Assembly (NCBI GenBank): GCA_025201805.1
Contig: MU619259.1
Location: 197,204-261,203, forward strand
DNA: 64,000 nucleotides
Source: Parasitella parasitica NRRL 2501
Taxonomy: Eukaryota > Fungi > Mucoromycota
Direction: 5' to 3'
Positions 1-13,481 of the stretch are shown piece after piece. The notes beneath the pieces were generated by a model, which saw only the letters and a list, made by a program, of their open reading frames with translations, was not told where the DNA came from and searched no databases. Position 1 is the stretch's first letter. Each line of letters opens with the position of its first letter. Both the position numbers and the translations under genes were made by a program.

Positions 1-116
1 GTATTGGTGACCCATTTTTGTAATCGTGTCCCAACTCAATTTGGAAATGACCAAAATTTATTTTCATTGGCCCAACCTAGTTTCGTCAACTGTACATGGA
101 GTAATACTAGTAGTTT

Positions 117-146
117 CTTTTTTTTTTTTTTTTCTTTTTTCTTTTT

Positions 147-198
<52 letters not shown>
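117..198. repeat. Poly-T homopolymer/low-complexity tract
   Basis: About 80 nt of near-pure T; source of the spurious poly-Phe ORF 4..294. Confidence 0.95.
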
Positions 199-199
<1 letters not shown>

Positions 200-1202
200 T
201 AGAGAGAATTGAGTACTGGATGTTTGGTTCTCTACATGAAAAACGTATGGGCGTCTCCTTTTTTTATAAGTTGTTTAACGACAAACTAAAATAGGGTTAT
301 GCGGGATTTGATTAAACAATAAGCATTTGGATCAGGATTTAGTACAAAAAGTGTATATCAAAATAGGTTAAGCCATCGAAAATACTTTCAAGCAATTCTT
401 TCAGTAGACAAAATGCTTTTGTTGATTTAGCTTTTCTATGAAATAACGACTAGATAAACATTTTCGACATCAAATGCACTTTTTGTAATTCTGCTCTAGA
501 ACAACATCATTCACTGTTATCTCGAACCTAAGCCTCATTGTCAAGCAATTTGTAGGTAACAATGGACATCTGAATTTCACATTTATATAAATTTCCAATG
601 AAATGTAACGCTTGTACAATTGCCCATCGCAAGATTCGGCTCATCAAATTATCCTCTAACTACAGTAAATCCGTGATTAATACATGTATTCATGACAACC
701 GAAGTCAATCAGACAAACGGAAATGCCATCTTTGTACACTAATAGATTTGTCAGACTCCTCAGATAAAACTATATTATACAAATATATGAGCTGCTTTGT
801 TTGTAATCGCTACTGAATAGCAAACAACTTGGTGCGGTTAGTTAGACCAAACCCATATCAAGCGACATTGTACATGGTATGACAGCACATATTTGGTAAA
901 CGGAGTAGCACATAGCACAATCCTTACATATCCACAACTCTCATTTTTGTCGCAGCTTGACAGATGTTGTGCAAAGGAGAGCGAGCCAACAAAAGCAAAA
1001 GGAAAAAGTTTTTCAGGCACATATTTTTTCCCATTCCTTCTTACCCTCTCTCTCTCTCTCTGTTTCCCTCTCTTTTAGCCCAAACAAAACAGGGTTACAT
1101 TAATAGATCGACCCTCCTCCTCCTCCTCTCCTCTCCTCTTCTTTCTTTCTCCTACTCCCCTTGCGTGCATTACTCTTTTATTCTTCTCTCAATCTTTACA
1201 AA

Positions 1203-2018
1203 ATGGAGTCGGTCAAATCTAAACGATTTTCGTTTGCTGGGTTTAGCAGTAGTCTTTCTAGAAGCTTGTCTTTTGGTGGCGTTTCCAGGACAGAAATAAC
1301 AACAGACGATGAGCCTGCTGCCCCACACCAATCAGCTGATGCAAAAGCTACTAAAAGAGCACAAAAATCCAAGAGTTTGTATATGAAATCATTCAAGAAA
1401 GTTGACACCAAGGAGCCTCCCATCAAAGCTACCTACGATGCCTCCGAAGCTGTGCAGTCCAACAGTAAAGACGTGAGAAACTCCATCCGGCGTTCCTTAT
1501 CAGCCGTCATATACGCTTCACCACATAAAGGTGAAGGAGACAACAAGCTTGTTCCCGTCTTGGTTACACCAGATTTATCCGAGTCTGTAGGCGGCATCTT
1601 GGTGAATGATAAACCCGCCCAAGAAGAGAACAAAACGACAGCAAGCAAAGCAGATTCTACAGAATACGACAACACACTGGAAGTATTCTATTCGCAAAAG
1701 CAGGAGGAGAACGACAAGAGCGTTACAATTCTATGGCAAGGCTATGGATACATGTATGATAATAAGGGAGATTCAACATTGGAGGAACTGCAGCAACGCT
1801 TCGAAAAAGATGTATGGACAACTTATTGCGGGCTGATCCACCCTCTGCACCTGGTGGCGGATGATAATGAGCGCAATTGGGAGGATCTATCCGTCAATGA
1901 GTTGCGGCAGTACTATGATAATTACGGCTCAATGATGCTAAAAATACGAGAATCTAGAATGCTCAAGCAGCAGAAGCAATACTATGTACAACAAACGCAA
2001 ACCGACCATATCCTCTAA
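1203..2018 (+). CDS. Hypothetical protein (271 aa), intronless, low-complexity N-terminus and ordered-looking C-terminus
   Basis: Long ORF; ATG at 1203 follows a CT-rich leader; C-terminal block ILWQGYGY...LIHPLHL...ELRQYYDNYGSMMLKIRE; AATAAA downstream. Confidence 0.8.
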   Translation: MESVKSKRFSFAGFSSSLSRSLSFGGVSRTEITTDDEPAAPHQSADAKATKRAQKSKSLYMKSFKKVDTKEPPIKATYDASEAVQSNSKDVRNSIRRSLSAVIYASPHKGEGDNKLVPVLVTPDLSESVGGILVNDKPAQEENKTTASKADSTEYDNTLEVFYSQKQEENDKSVTILWQGYGYMYDNKGDSTLEELQQRFEKDVWTTYCGLIHPLHLVADDNERNWEDLSVNELRQYYDNYGSMMLKIRESRMLKQQKQYYVQQTQTDHIL

Positions 2019-2313
2019 CATTTCCCACAATCAATATATTCCCTAGCGCAACTACTATTGGTACGATCGTAATAAAGTGATTCCAATTTTTTTTTTTTTT
2101 GGCAAGCAAAGACAGCACACAAGGCTTGTAAGATTCAACAATACATGTGGTATTTAATAATAAAAAATGGAAAACAGACAGATAAAATGTTGATACAGTG
2201 AAGGGGAAAACACACAGAAAAAAATAATAATATATATATATATATACACGATGGAAACAATGAGTAAATGCAAAGTAAAATAAAAGAATGAGTAATATGC
2301 GACGACGTATTTC

Positions 2314-3884
2314 TTATCTCTTGTACTTGTCATAACCAGCAACAATGCTTTCAAGAGAGCGGCCCTTCGTTTCGGGTAAAGCAAAGAAAGTGAAGACAAA
2401 GGCCATGGCGCAAATGACAGCGAAAATCAGGAAAGACCAGCCTTCAATGGCAGCGAAAATGACAGGGAAAACTTGACCAATCAAGAAATTCATGCACCAG
2501 TTGATACAAGTAGAGGCAGCACCAACAGAGGAAGCAGCATAGGTAGGAGTCATTTCAGAGGTAATCAGCCAAGGGATGGGTCCAATACCTACGGCAAAGG
2601 AAGCAACGTACAAAAATACCGAGGCAATCAAAAGACCTGGAGTATTGGTCTTGTAACCAATGACCAAAAGCACGGAAAAGATACAGGTACCAGCCTCGGC
2701 TACAAGCAACAAGGGACGACGGCCGAAACGATCAATCACGCACACTGCGAAAATAGTGGCTACAAAGTTGACAATGGTGGTAACAATGGCCATAATCTGC
2801 GACATTTGTTCAGAACCATTAAAGGCGAGCAAGAAAATATTACTAGAGTAGTACATGACAGCATTCATACCAGACAATTGCTGAATGATGTGGTGCACGA
2901 AAACTGTGAAGCCGATACGACGCATGACAGGGTCCCTCATGACATCCAGCATGGACATAATTTCGTGAGACTCTTCGTTGGCGCCACCTATTTCTTCTTG
3001 ATCGTTGTCAAAAGAACCAGAAGTCTTGTCGTCAGTAACTTTGATGCCTTCATCATTACCGTGAAGCATAGCATTAGCAGCAGTCATGCCTTGGACACCT
3101 TGCACCATTTCGTAAAATTCTTGGTCAATTCGAGCATCACCACGAAGCTTTTGAAGAGCAGCACGGGCATCGTCAATACGGTTGACAGAGACTAACCAAC
3201 GAGGAGATTCAGCACAGGTTGGCATCATAAAGACTTGGAAGATGGCAGGGAAAGCAGTGATGGCATAGTTAATACGCCAGAGTGGAACCTTGGCAAGAGG
3301 AAGACCAATGCAAGAAGCCAAAAGAATACCGATGACGACCAAGAATTGGTTACAACTACCCATAGTGCCTCTACCCTTGATAGTAGAGACTTCGCCGATG
3401 TAGGTAGGCACAACCAATGAACCAAGGCCACAGGAAAGACCGCAAAGAATACGGCCGATGATGAACATGGCCTGATGGACAGCAACAGAGCATAAAAGAG
3501 ACCCAATAATGAACCCTGTGTTGTTGATAATGATGGTAAAACGACGACCGTATTTTTCTTGAATTCCACCACCAAAGAGAGAGGCAATGAGACCACCAAC
3601 ACAGAAAGAAGAAACGGCGAAACCCCTAGAATTAAATGTGGAGATGTACGTTAGACTTCTGGAATATATGCTAAGAATTAAACTTACCAGAGGGCGGTAT
3701 TCATAGGTAAACAATCGGGAAGGCCCTTTGCAGCGACTTGTTCCATTCCGTTTTCACAGATGTGAGTGACAGTTCCAGGAACATTGGAAGAACCAATGAC
3801 CCAGCCATTACAGAAGGCCTCAACACAGGCCATCACGACACAATAAACCATGTATTTTGGGAATTTAACGTCCTTTGAATCCAT
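2314..3884 (-). CDS. MFS sugar porter (GLUT/HXT-like) transporter; exons 3884-3688 and 3625-2314
   Basis: Sugar-porter motifs YGRR, ESPRWL, QQLSGMNAVMYYS, DRFGRRPL, GPIPW, PETKG; GT-AG intron 3687-3626 joins the two ORFs in frame. Confidence 0.95.
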
Positions 3885-5338
3885 GGTGAGAAAGAGATTT
3901 AATGATATAAGGATAGATTTATTGATATATGTGCCATCCTGCGATTTGGGTTGCTCCTATATATACTTTGTAGAGCGCGAATTATCCCATCTTTTCCCAG
4001 GTTTCACACATTCCCTACAATTTGCCTCTTTTTGTACAAAACGATGTGGGTGAGGATTTCATCCGAGACATTTAGACCTAGTTGGGTGATTTCAGGGAAC
4101 TCAAGATGTTTATTCGTCTTTATTTTCACGCCATATCCGTAAACAGGAGCTTTTTGTTGCCGCAAGCACTTTTAACCGGATCTTGATCATGATTAACATG
4201 CATTTGAAAAAGTTCATGCTGTTTCAATGCAGACGAGGATTAATGTATAATCCGTAAACGTTGTGTCGACTGATGATTATTGTCGTGTGGTTAAAAACAA
4301 CCATCTACACCCGTGTGTCTTTTTTTCATTAGTACTATAAATCAGGTATCTAATGTTATATTGACAATGCACTGATGTTTAAAAGCGCACTACTCTCAAA
4401 GTCGTGGTAAGCTTAATGTTTTGTTTTTTTTTTCGTTCCTTTGTCATGCTACATCAACACTCAATATAATATTTAGATTCTCTTGGACCACGTATACATA
4501 ACAAAGCTACCCTCTTTTAAAAATAAACTCTGCTCTTCCATCTATATTTCGTAGCAGCTTTTGTTGTTGTGAAACTATCCATTCATTTGGTTAAAACATC
4601 AATATTCCATTTATGGTGAATTTCTTTACAATCTTATTCGCTTTGAGCAAAAGTAGCCAGTCAAAAAGGTCTTGTCATTATTAAGAAACCCTCACAACTT
4701 AACCACATAGTCCATGGGTTTCTTTATATATATTTTATGGACCTGGGTATGCGTTATTTATATGTGTGAAAGGCCCTTCTGATAAGAAACTATACTTGTA
4801 TATTAACCATTCTTTGCTTTCTGGCTTCCAGTTTTTTTCTGCTTGTGGCATATACCAAATGTCTTACATTCATATATTTTTTTTTTAATATAACGAAACC
4901 ATGGAGCCTTCCCGGTCTCCCAATCTTTCCAGTACGCACATCATTGTTTCAGTAAAGCAGCTATAAAATGCGATGCTAAAGTGTGCTTCAGTTACAAATT
5001 TTGTTCCTTGATTCTTTTGAAATGAAAACAATGAAAAGATAACTTCAATACAGAAAAAATAAATTGCTTTGACAGCAAGAATAGCAAGAGTTTATCATGC
5101 CTAAAAATGTGAAAGAACATGAGCTCAAGTATTTTACCAATAAAAGGTCGGGAAATAGGATGACAAATACAATACTTGATTTCGCCTTTTCTACTAACAA
5201 AGAGACACCGAGATAATGCTAATAAATTCGAGTAGCTACAAAAGTCTTTTTTGTTTATAAACAGTAACTTTAACCATTTGTAATAAGAATACTGATATTA
5301 TATGCGCACATTATTTACGCTACAAGTAGTTCATTTAT

Positions 5339-6925
5339 TTATTCAGAAAGATAATCTACCATAAATATAGTCCATCCATATACTATACCTACGCTGCAGT
5401 ATAAGCTAGTTACCATCAAGGGTAGAAACTGAAGTTTATCTTGTCCAAACAGCAGGTCGTGCGCGAACCCTGTGTATAACTGAAGAAATAGTAAACCTAT
5501 GAGATAGTTTTTCTCCATTGCAGTTAAAAGGGTTTTCAAAGGCCTTCGGAAATGGTTAATACAAGTGATTATACTTTTCTCAACAATTTAAAAAGAAATA
5601 AAAGCTAACTTACGTTTTAACGCTGTATGCCAAGCCAGGAATAATTGCACAAAACCATAATAAAGTAATTGTGATTTTGATAGGCGTTTCTATTGTATAT
5701 TTTGTCAATTGACCTATTTATCATTCCACGTGTGTGGTTTTGCATATAGTTACCTGCACTTGTGAATAGCAGCGGATAGAGTGAGAAAATGCCAGCCGCA
5801 CTCAAAATTACAAAAACTCTCAAGTTGAGTCGACTATTGGAAGCCATTAATCTACAAACATTATGAGTAAAATACTCGCTTGATTCTCGGATAAAATTGT
5901 CGCTGAATTACCCGTATGGAATTAGCACAATCATAATAGCTTTTTCATGAACATGCCAACCAAAGAGATAAGAAGCAAATGTACATAATGTGATTGATGA
6001 CAAGAAGTTTTCAAATGTCGGTTGCCTCCATAATTTTTGTAATACGACCTACATGCCAATTGTTAGACGACAGACGCAAGTTTAAATACCAAAAGGCGGA
6101 AAGGGCTAAAAGGGGTCCCTCGGTTGTTGCCGTATTGTATCACTTACCAGCTGTATAATAAGCGTTATGATCATCGTATGTATAGCTTCAATCCCGGGCA
6201 ATACTGCAAATTGTGTATCCCCAACATAGCCTCTTGTCATAGAAGTAATTGCTAGCTCGTTTAAGCTCCATCCAAATTTTTTTCCCACTAATCAACCCAT
6301 TGTTGTAATTATTATTATAATCTTCAGAGTTGAGCGCACTACTTACAGATGATCAGCACTCTATCAGCGCCAGCATAAAGAGCCCAGAAATTCGGCGCCC
6401 AGTATGCATGACAAAGGCCGCGGGTAAATGGAAAGAGACGTTGGAAAACAGCGGGCAGCTGGTTCAAATACAAAAATGGGCCGAAAGAAATGCCAAATAC
6501 AGCCATGACGGATCCTCCCAATGTAATTAACCTTGAAAAAGAAAATCGGTTTCCTGTAAAAACAAAGTTTAGCTGGGTCAGGTTGATATTTCAAAGTTCT
6601 AGCATACCGTTTTCTTGCGTGGTAAAGCAATAAGCTTTCAACAAATATACAAAATAGGCGGGCGCCATGTACAAGTAGATGTGTTTAAAATTGAGTAGAA
6701 TGGCAAAAAGGATACCTGACGCTAAAAGGTTGTTCTGTAGAAATACAATGAGCAGTTGAGCAGAAGTTACATGCAGGATTGGGTTACTCTTTTAGCTTCT
6801 ACAATGGATAAAATCAAAATACCATACAATAGCCCATTGTATTGAAAGTGAATATGTAATTACCCATGTAACGTGTTAAGGACAATGGCATATCAAATTG
6901 CAAGTGTTAGTTTATAGTGTTCATA

Positions 6926-6962
<37 letters not shown>

Positions 6963-7557
6963 ATGATCCACGATAATCAGGCCGGGATGAAGAAACAGAG
7001 AGCCAACCAGCACCCAATTGACATACTTGTGCCCAAAATATTTGGCATATCTATAACTTTCATAGGTAAGCGAATACACAACTATACAAAATGTCTGTGT
7101 TGTTCTTTTACCTAACCAATGCAAAGTACATTACTAATTCACTCACAATTACAGTTAACCTTTGAAATATAACTGTGTCTACACTTGCATAACCAAGATT
7201 ATCTACTTTAAGCATCTCAGGATCCACTAATGATGCGAAAAAACTCAGGAATTTTTCGAACCAGGCGAAAAATGGAGGGTAATCTAATGTCCATTCTGAA
7301 GTATTCTAATACATTGTTGGTATCCAGTTCACCCTTCAGATAGCGCTGCTTACTTCAATATACCATTGATCAATGGGCAAACTATGTGTGATAGCCAGCC
7401 AATTTCGGTGTACCTCAAAATCTGTAGATCGACTATAGTGTAATTAGTTTGCTATGCAACTTCAGATTTTTCTTTAGTCAAGTGATGGCAACAGTACATA
7501 CTATGCGGGTATCAACAGTAATTTGATGAATGTACTAACGATAAATAAATCTCGCAT
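5339..7557 (-). CDS. ALG8: Dolichyl-P-glucose alpha-1,3-glucosyltransferase ALG8 (multi-exon)
   Basis: Spliced exons give [75 protein letters not shown]. Confidence 0.93.
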
Positions 7558-8300
7558 AAAATTCTCTTTTCTTCCTTTGTATTCTTTGTTGGTTTTGCTG
7601 TCTTTTTGACTTGTTAAACGTTATTTCCAAAGGGTCAACTGTAATAATGATAGTAAAGAAGGCACCGTTTACTCATTCTATTCCAACGCGAAAGTCGACA
7701 AGTTTGATATCTTTCAATAAGCGATTGTATCACGTCACATAAGCTTACTTTCGTTATGAATATGAGCCAAGTGCTATTAGCTGATTATGAAGGTTTACTT
7801 TAGCTAGAAGAAGTACTATGCATTCTACAACTTGTCATTATTACGCAAACAACCAACGCAGATATAATGATACGGGCAATACAATTTCTTGGCCAACAAA
7901 TGTGTCGATTAACACTTAGCTTATCGGATAGACTTTAACACGCATTAGAGTGCTGATCTACTTTTCGTAATAGCAATACAAATAGATATTTCAGGGTTTA
8001 ATTTTGAGATGGAAATGAGTCTTTATCTTTAATATATATATATGGGCTTGTGCAAATGAGAAACATATTAGGGGTTGCTCCGCATTTACCTCAATTATAA
8101 ACATTTGAAACGTATGATTTTCTTGAATTCGTGTACCCCAAGCCTGCATCATTACCACGATAAACTAATTATAGCATATATTAATGGGCGTTTTATAAAC
8201 ATAATATTCATTGAGAGAAAATTACTGTAGACATTTATTAATTTACAAATCATGAGTTGGGTTGTTTCTAATATGACATTACACAGCATAAAACAACATG

Positions 8301-9956
8301 CTAAAAATCAGGAAACTGGTCCCTGTAAGGATCATCTTGTGGAATGCCATACGGATGGAAATCTTCCGGATACCTGTCAAAGTTACTGGCATCCCCATCA
8401 CTCTTCAAATGCGGGATATGGGGCGGCTTGATCTTTCGCTGGATTAATTTATTGAAATCTAGAGACGCAAACCATTTATGCTCGCAGATATCATGATAGC
8501 CTCTCTTTAGATTACCATATCTTTGAGTCAGATCTGTAGTCAAGAGGTGGTTCAATAAATCTTTTGCAGTAGAGTCGATGGATGATGGATATTTGGGCTG
8601 AGTAGTCAGAATCTTTTCGTACAATTTGAATTGATTGTCATCATAGAAAGGAGGGAAGCTATACATTTAGAGCATTAGATAAAGTAGCATTCATTAAATT
8701 CAACATCAATTTTACCCAGCAAGCATTTCAAACACGAGCACACCAAACGCCCAATAATCTGCGGCTTTCCCATAGCCTTTGGTTTGGATAACTTCTGGTG
8801 CAAGATAGTCAGGTGTGCCACACAGAGTCCAAGTAATATCGGGAACTACTTTGGCAAAACCAAAATCGCAGATCTTGATGTGTCCATGTACATCTAACAG
8901 CAAATTCTCTGGCTTGAGATCACGATAGATGATATTTTTGCTATGCAAATAAGCCAACGCCAGCAAGACTTCGCCTGCGTAAAACCGAGCAACATCATTG
9001 CTAAATTTTTTTGACTTTCTCAAGAACGAAAAGAGTTCGCCTCCGGGAACAAAGTCCATTACCAGAAATAGACTTGTGCAATCTTGAAAACTGCCCCATA
9101 AATTGATGATAAAAGGATGCTGCACTTTGGTGAGAATAGACCGTTCGTTATTGGTATGCTCCACCTGCTTCAATTTGACAATTTCAGCCTTTTTTAATAC
9201 TTTTAAGGCATAGTGCCGCTTGTTGATTTTAGATTGAATCAAGTGAACACGCCCAAATGACCCTGTGCCCAGTGTTCTCTGCAGAATGAAATTGTCCAGT
9301 TTTAATTGGCAATGCGGGCGTGTAACGTCAGAATCATCCACTTGCTCCGTGCTGGCTGATGCATGGTTGTGGCTCTCTTGGCTTTTGGCTGAACTATGAC
9401 CACTGGAATTGCTACGAGCTAGAAATGATCCTCCAGGTGTTCTTGGTGGTGTTGAAGGCAACTGCTCGGGAAAGAATGGTGCTACAAAATTAAGACTATG
9501 AGTCTTTTACAAGTCAAAGTTGACACAAAAAAAAAAAAAAGAATTCATTACAATAATTAACTTTGGTTGCATCCGTTTTTGTTGTCTCTGCTAAAGATGC
9601 TGTGTTTCTAACAGCAGATTTCGGTGGTGTGCCAACTGGCGGTACAGATGCATTTTCTTTGATGGGTTCTGTGCGGGTAGGTGGAACTAGACGCCATTTG
9701 TCAGTATAGATAGGTGGCAACCACCCACAAGAAGAAACTTACTAGGTGGTGGTTCAACATAATTATCTTTTAAATCGTCTCTGTATCCAAATATATGCGC
9801 TGAAATTGCGGCTGTTGGTAGATTGTTTGCCAAGTGGAATTTATTATGTGATTGACTTTCGCTGCTACTTGTACTACCGGATTTATTGTTGCCATTGTGA
9901 TGGAATGAAAACCTAGGCTTTGCCTTGTCTATAATTTTACTAAGCATTGTAGGCAT
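8301..9956 (-). CDS. pkaC: cAMP-dependent protein kinase catalytic subunit with long low-complexity N-terminus; 3 introns (about 9742-9687, 9550-9482, 8715-8667)
   Basis: [51 protein letters not shown]-terminal tail ending FPDF. Confidence 0.95.
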
Positions 9957-11623
9957 TTGAGTTGGATTTCTTGTTATTGGGAAATTGAAGGAAGAAAAGC
10001 GAAAGAAAAAAAGAAGAAAATATTTTCTTGCCATGATTCTCATATCGAAAAAAAAAATGTTTCATTGGTAACATGGCAATATCAGTTGCAGACATAATGC
10101 AATGTGCTTGTGCGATATAGGCTCGATACAGCATGATCCGATTATGATGGAATTCAAAAGTGCATCTCACATTCATAATTTATTGATTATGCGTTTTCAG
10201 TGTAAACGTTTTCGCTTTTGTTTTCCCGTCTTGCTGGTTATCGCACAACAATCAATACTCATCATGATATCATGAACCAATAATCTTATCCAACGGAATA
10301 ATCCGTTCCCGATCTTCGGTATTCAGATATTTTCTTTTGCTCACCACATAATATAAGCATTACAACGCAATGGTTAGATAATTGTCAGCGAGTAACTGGG
10401 TACATTAAGAGCCACTCTCTACATATCCAATCATCAAGTTCAATTTTTATGTAAAGCACAGGCCCAACATTCTTTTAGCGAAAAAATGTAAAACAAAAAA
10501 TCTCCTTGTAGAATTACAAAACCAAAAAAACATTTTAATTACTGAATGAAATCGAAAAATTGTTTAATCTCTATTGAAAACATCAAATGAGTGAATGTGT
10601 TCGTAGTTATGATCTAATGCGAACAGCTGGGGCTAATGTGAACAGTAAGAAATGTACTCTTTCTTCAACAAGAAACCATGTTTAATAGCTTCCCGAATGT
10701 ACAATAATCGATTACTGCTTAATTGCTTGTGCCAAACACGTCAACGTTTAAGTTAATGTATTTTCATAACTGATTCAAGTGTTTATAACGACATCAAATA
10801 ATTTCCCGGGGCTCCTAATTGCCAATTATCATTTTTCGTCGATTCTCTATCAGGGTATATAAGTCTCAAATTTGACCTTATTTTGCCTCGATCTTGATGC
10901 ATCATTACTATTTTAGGTATTTTATATACAGAAATATATGCTTATAGTCGAAAATTATACCTCCCGTCCGTTACAGATTACTTGAAATATTGGGTTTGGT
11001 ATATGCTATCAGACGTAAAATTCAGTGTTCTGCAAAAGCAATTATATTGATTTTGTATGGTGTTCCAGTATTGTTTTCTGAAGATACTGTTGAAAAAGTA
11101 AAAAAAAAAAAATCCAAATATGCTGCTTTTGTTTAGCTGGTGACGAGCTTCGTTTTCTTGTTGATCAATGAATCATTTGCAAGAGAGAACATTTCAGGCA
11201 TCAAAGACGCACTCAATGCAGATGTTTAAAAGAAAGTTTTTCAGATACTTGCTAAGGGTTGGAATGAGTCAAGGTCAACACGTATTCACCCCGATAAATG
11301 TATAATGATCCCTATATAACTGCTCTAATCGCATACTCAATGCAGCGATGCTTAGCACTTTATACAAAAACACACCATTAAAATGTGATTCAGCATAGAA
11401 AAGAAGTCTTTGCGGATTTTGCCTCCATGCTCATAACAAACAAAGGCATAAGAAAATCTGCCAGTCAAAGCCGACTGGTTCTTTTAATCAAGTGCATCGG
11501 TATTTGCAGTGCTCCACGACTAGTTTGTATTTCACAACATTTTATATAATTAAAAAGGAAAGGAAGTAAATGGTAATAGGAACGTTTAACGAACGAAAAT
11601 TTACATGCAAACTAAAATCGACA

Positions 11624-12823
11624 TTACCAGCCAGTAATGTTTTTATGTCTACTTTCCAAGAATTTAAACAAAGATCCAGGTTCCTTCTTCCATTGATTAT
11701 GCCAATGGTAAGCAAATGTCTGTAATAATCGCTCCTCGTCAAATTCTGCTTCAATAAATGCATTAGGCATCGAGTTTTTAGGAGAGCAAACCATTGAATC
11801 AGTAAAACACCACGGTAACACAGCCCAAGGACGGATTCCGTGATGCAGTAAACGGCGATAGATTCTATAGTACATGTACCCTCCCCAATCAATGGTATCT
11901 GGTCGTGGCAAAGGGCCTGACGCTAATTCAGAGAGCATTTCACACAAATAAGGCGATTTCTTGTAGAAACGCATAAAGGCGCCATTGAAAGGGAATCCAT
12001 TTGGCAAAAAACAATCCCATTGAGACAACCACTCATGCTCGAGGAGAGGAGTCATATCTCTGATAAACAGACTATCCATATCAAACCACATGCCACCGTA
12101 GCGATAAATAGCCAGCAAGCGGATCAAATCACCATCTAAATAACCGCTGTCGTCTTTAAAATCCAAATGAGCTGAGCCTTCCATAGGAGAACCCTTGGCT
12201 AATTCATGAGAATTGTAGATCTTTGTTACCAGACGATCACCAACATGTTCTTTGATTTGCTGAATAACTGGAGAAAGCGACAAATCACCGTTTGACCATA
12301 GGTAAAGTACAGCATTCTCAGGATCCTGTGTAGCAAAAAAGGAACGGAGGGTGGCAAGCTGTTTGGGACCAACAGGAGCAATGTCAGAACGCCAATAAGC
12401 ATGGTAAACCGTCTTTTCCTTCGAGATGGGGTGCTTTAACGGCTCAGATTTGATTGTGGCAGCGAAATCATAGCAATCATAATCTTCCATTAAACTGATA
12501 CCAGGAGCAACGTCGTATGCATACTGATTTACACCATTCAAGTAGGGACTATTCTCAGGTAAGCTATCGAAACAACCAGCCAACGGCTTGTAATACTCTT
12601 CATCAGCATGCGAAATCCAATCACGGAGGTACACACGCACATTCACTTGTAGCTGGCAAATAGCAAAGAAAGAGATAACAACTGTAGCAATAACCAGAAT
12701 TGTATACTTGATTATTGTGATGATTCTCCAGCGTTTTGGTCTGATAAATGTGGAAGGACTTCCAAGCCTTGTGTATGTTTTGTTTGTGTTATTCCTTCCA
12801 AGTAAATTTGAAAAGAATCCCAT
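11624..12823 (-). CDS. Type II membrane glycosyltransferase, GT32/DXD sugar-binding family
   Basis: N-terminal TM anchor; DLIRLLAIYRYGGMWFDMD (GT32 DxxR...GGxyxDxD motif); FAYHWHNQW; intronless. Confidence 0.85.
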   Translation of the reverse strand: MGFFSNLLGRNNTNKTYTRLGSPSTFIRPKRWRIITIIKYTILVIATVVISFFAICQLQVNVRVYLRDWISHADEEYYKPLAGCFDSLPENSPYLNGVNQYAYDVAPGISLMEDYDCYDFAATIKSEPLKHPISKEKTVYHAYWRSDIAPVGPKQLATLRSFFATQDPENAVLYLWSNGDLSLSPVIQQIKEHVGDRLVTKIYNSHELAKGSPMEGSAHLDFKDDSGYLDGDLIRLLAIYRYGGMWFDMDSLFIRDMTPLLEHEWLSQWDCFLPNGFPFNGAFMRFYKKSPYLCEMLSELASGPLPRPDTIDWGGYMYYRIYRRLLHHGIRPWAVLPWCFTDSMVCSPKNSMPNAFIEAEFDEERLLQTFAYHWHNQWKKEPGSLFKFLESRHKNITGW

Positions 12824-13481
12824 ATTCAAGTATTGGTATTACGACTGGTAGGGAAAAAGTGGAAAGAAGGAAAAGACTTGCTTTAATTTGTAGTGTATGT
12901 ATATAATTGATTGGTCTTATTTATGGTGAATGGCAGGGCAGCTCCAATCATATTAGAACTACGAATGTCTATGTAATCTTGGAGGATTGCAAGGTTTAAT
13001 ATGTGCCATGTAACCAAATACATATGGGCACGCCGAGTTTATTATTACGGGGTTTGCTTTACACAGGACAAGCAGTATTTTGTTATGAGATTAATGCCTC
13101 GTTCTTCTTGCGATCTCCAAGCTGCTTTTCCTGAAAAAGAATAATTTGGCCACAAGGATGCTTGTCAACATGATTTGGTTTGAGGCGCTACTCTTGAGGA
13201 TCCTTAACTGACTGTATACACTTTTGCACCTGATATATATTGGTAGACTCAGTCGAAATAACCAGCCCTTGTGGAGACACTAGCCCTGATAAAAACAAAA
13301 GAGAGCTAGACCCCGTTCCGCCGAGCAGTTCCCAGAGTTAGAATGATTTAAGGAGTAAAAAGTTGCCTTCATGTATATATAATGAAAAATAACAAAAAAC
13401 AAAACAAACTTGCTTTATCTTTTTTCTTTCCTCTTACGAAATACAATCCTTTTACACTCTTTTCTTTTTTTTTTTTTCATA

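Noticed and set aside
4-294. Poly-Phe ORF (and similar poly-K/poly-F ORFs at 33978-34196, 24398-24724, 28045-28450)
   Set aside because: Translations of homopolymer runs or N gaps
2473-3195. 240-aa antisense ORF inside the sugar transporter (and similar shadow ORFs over pkaC, Vip1-like, LCB1, CHZ)
   Set aside because: Expected by-product of codon bias on the opposite strand; no recognisable motifs
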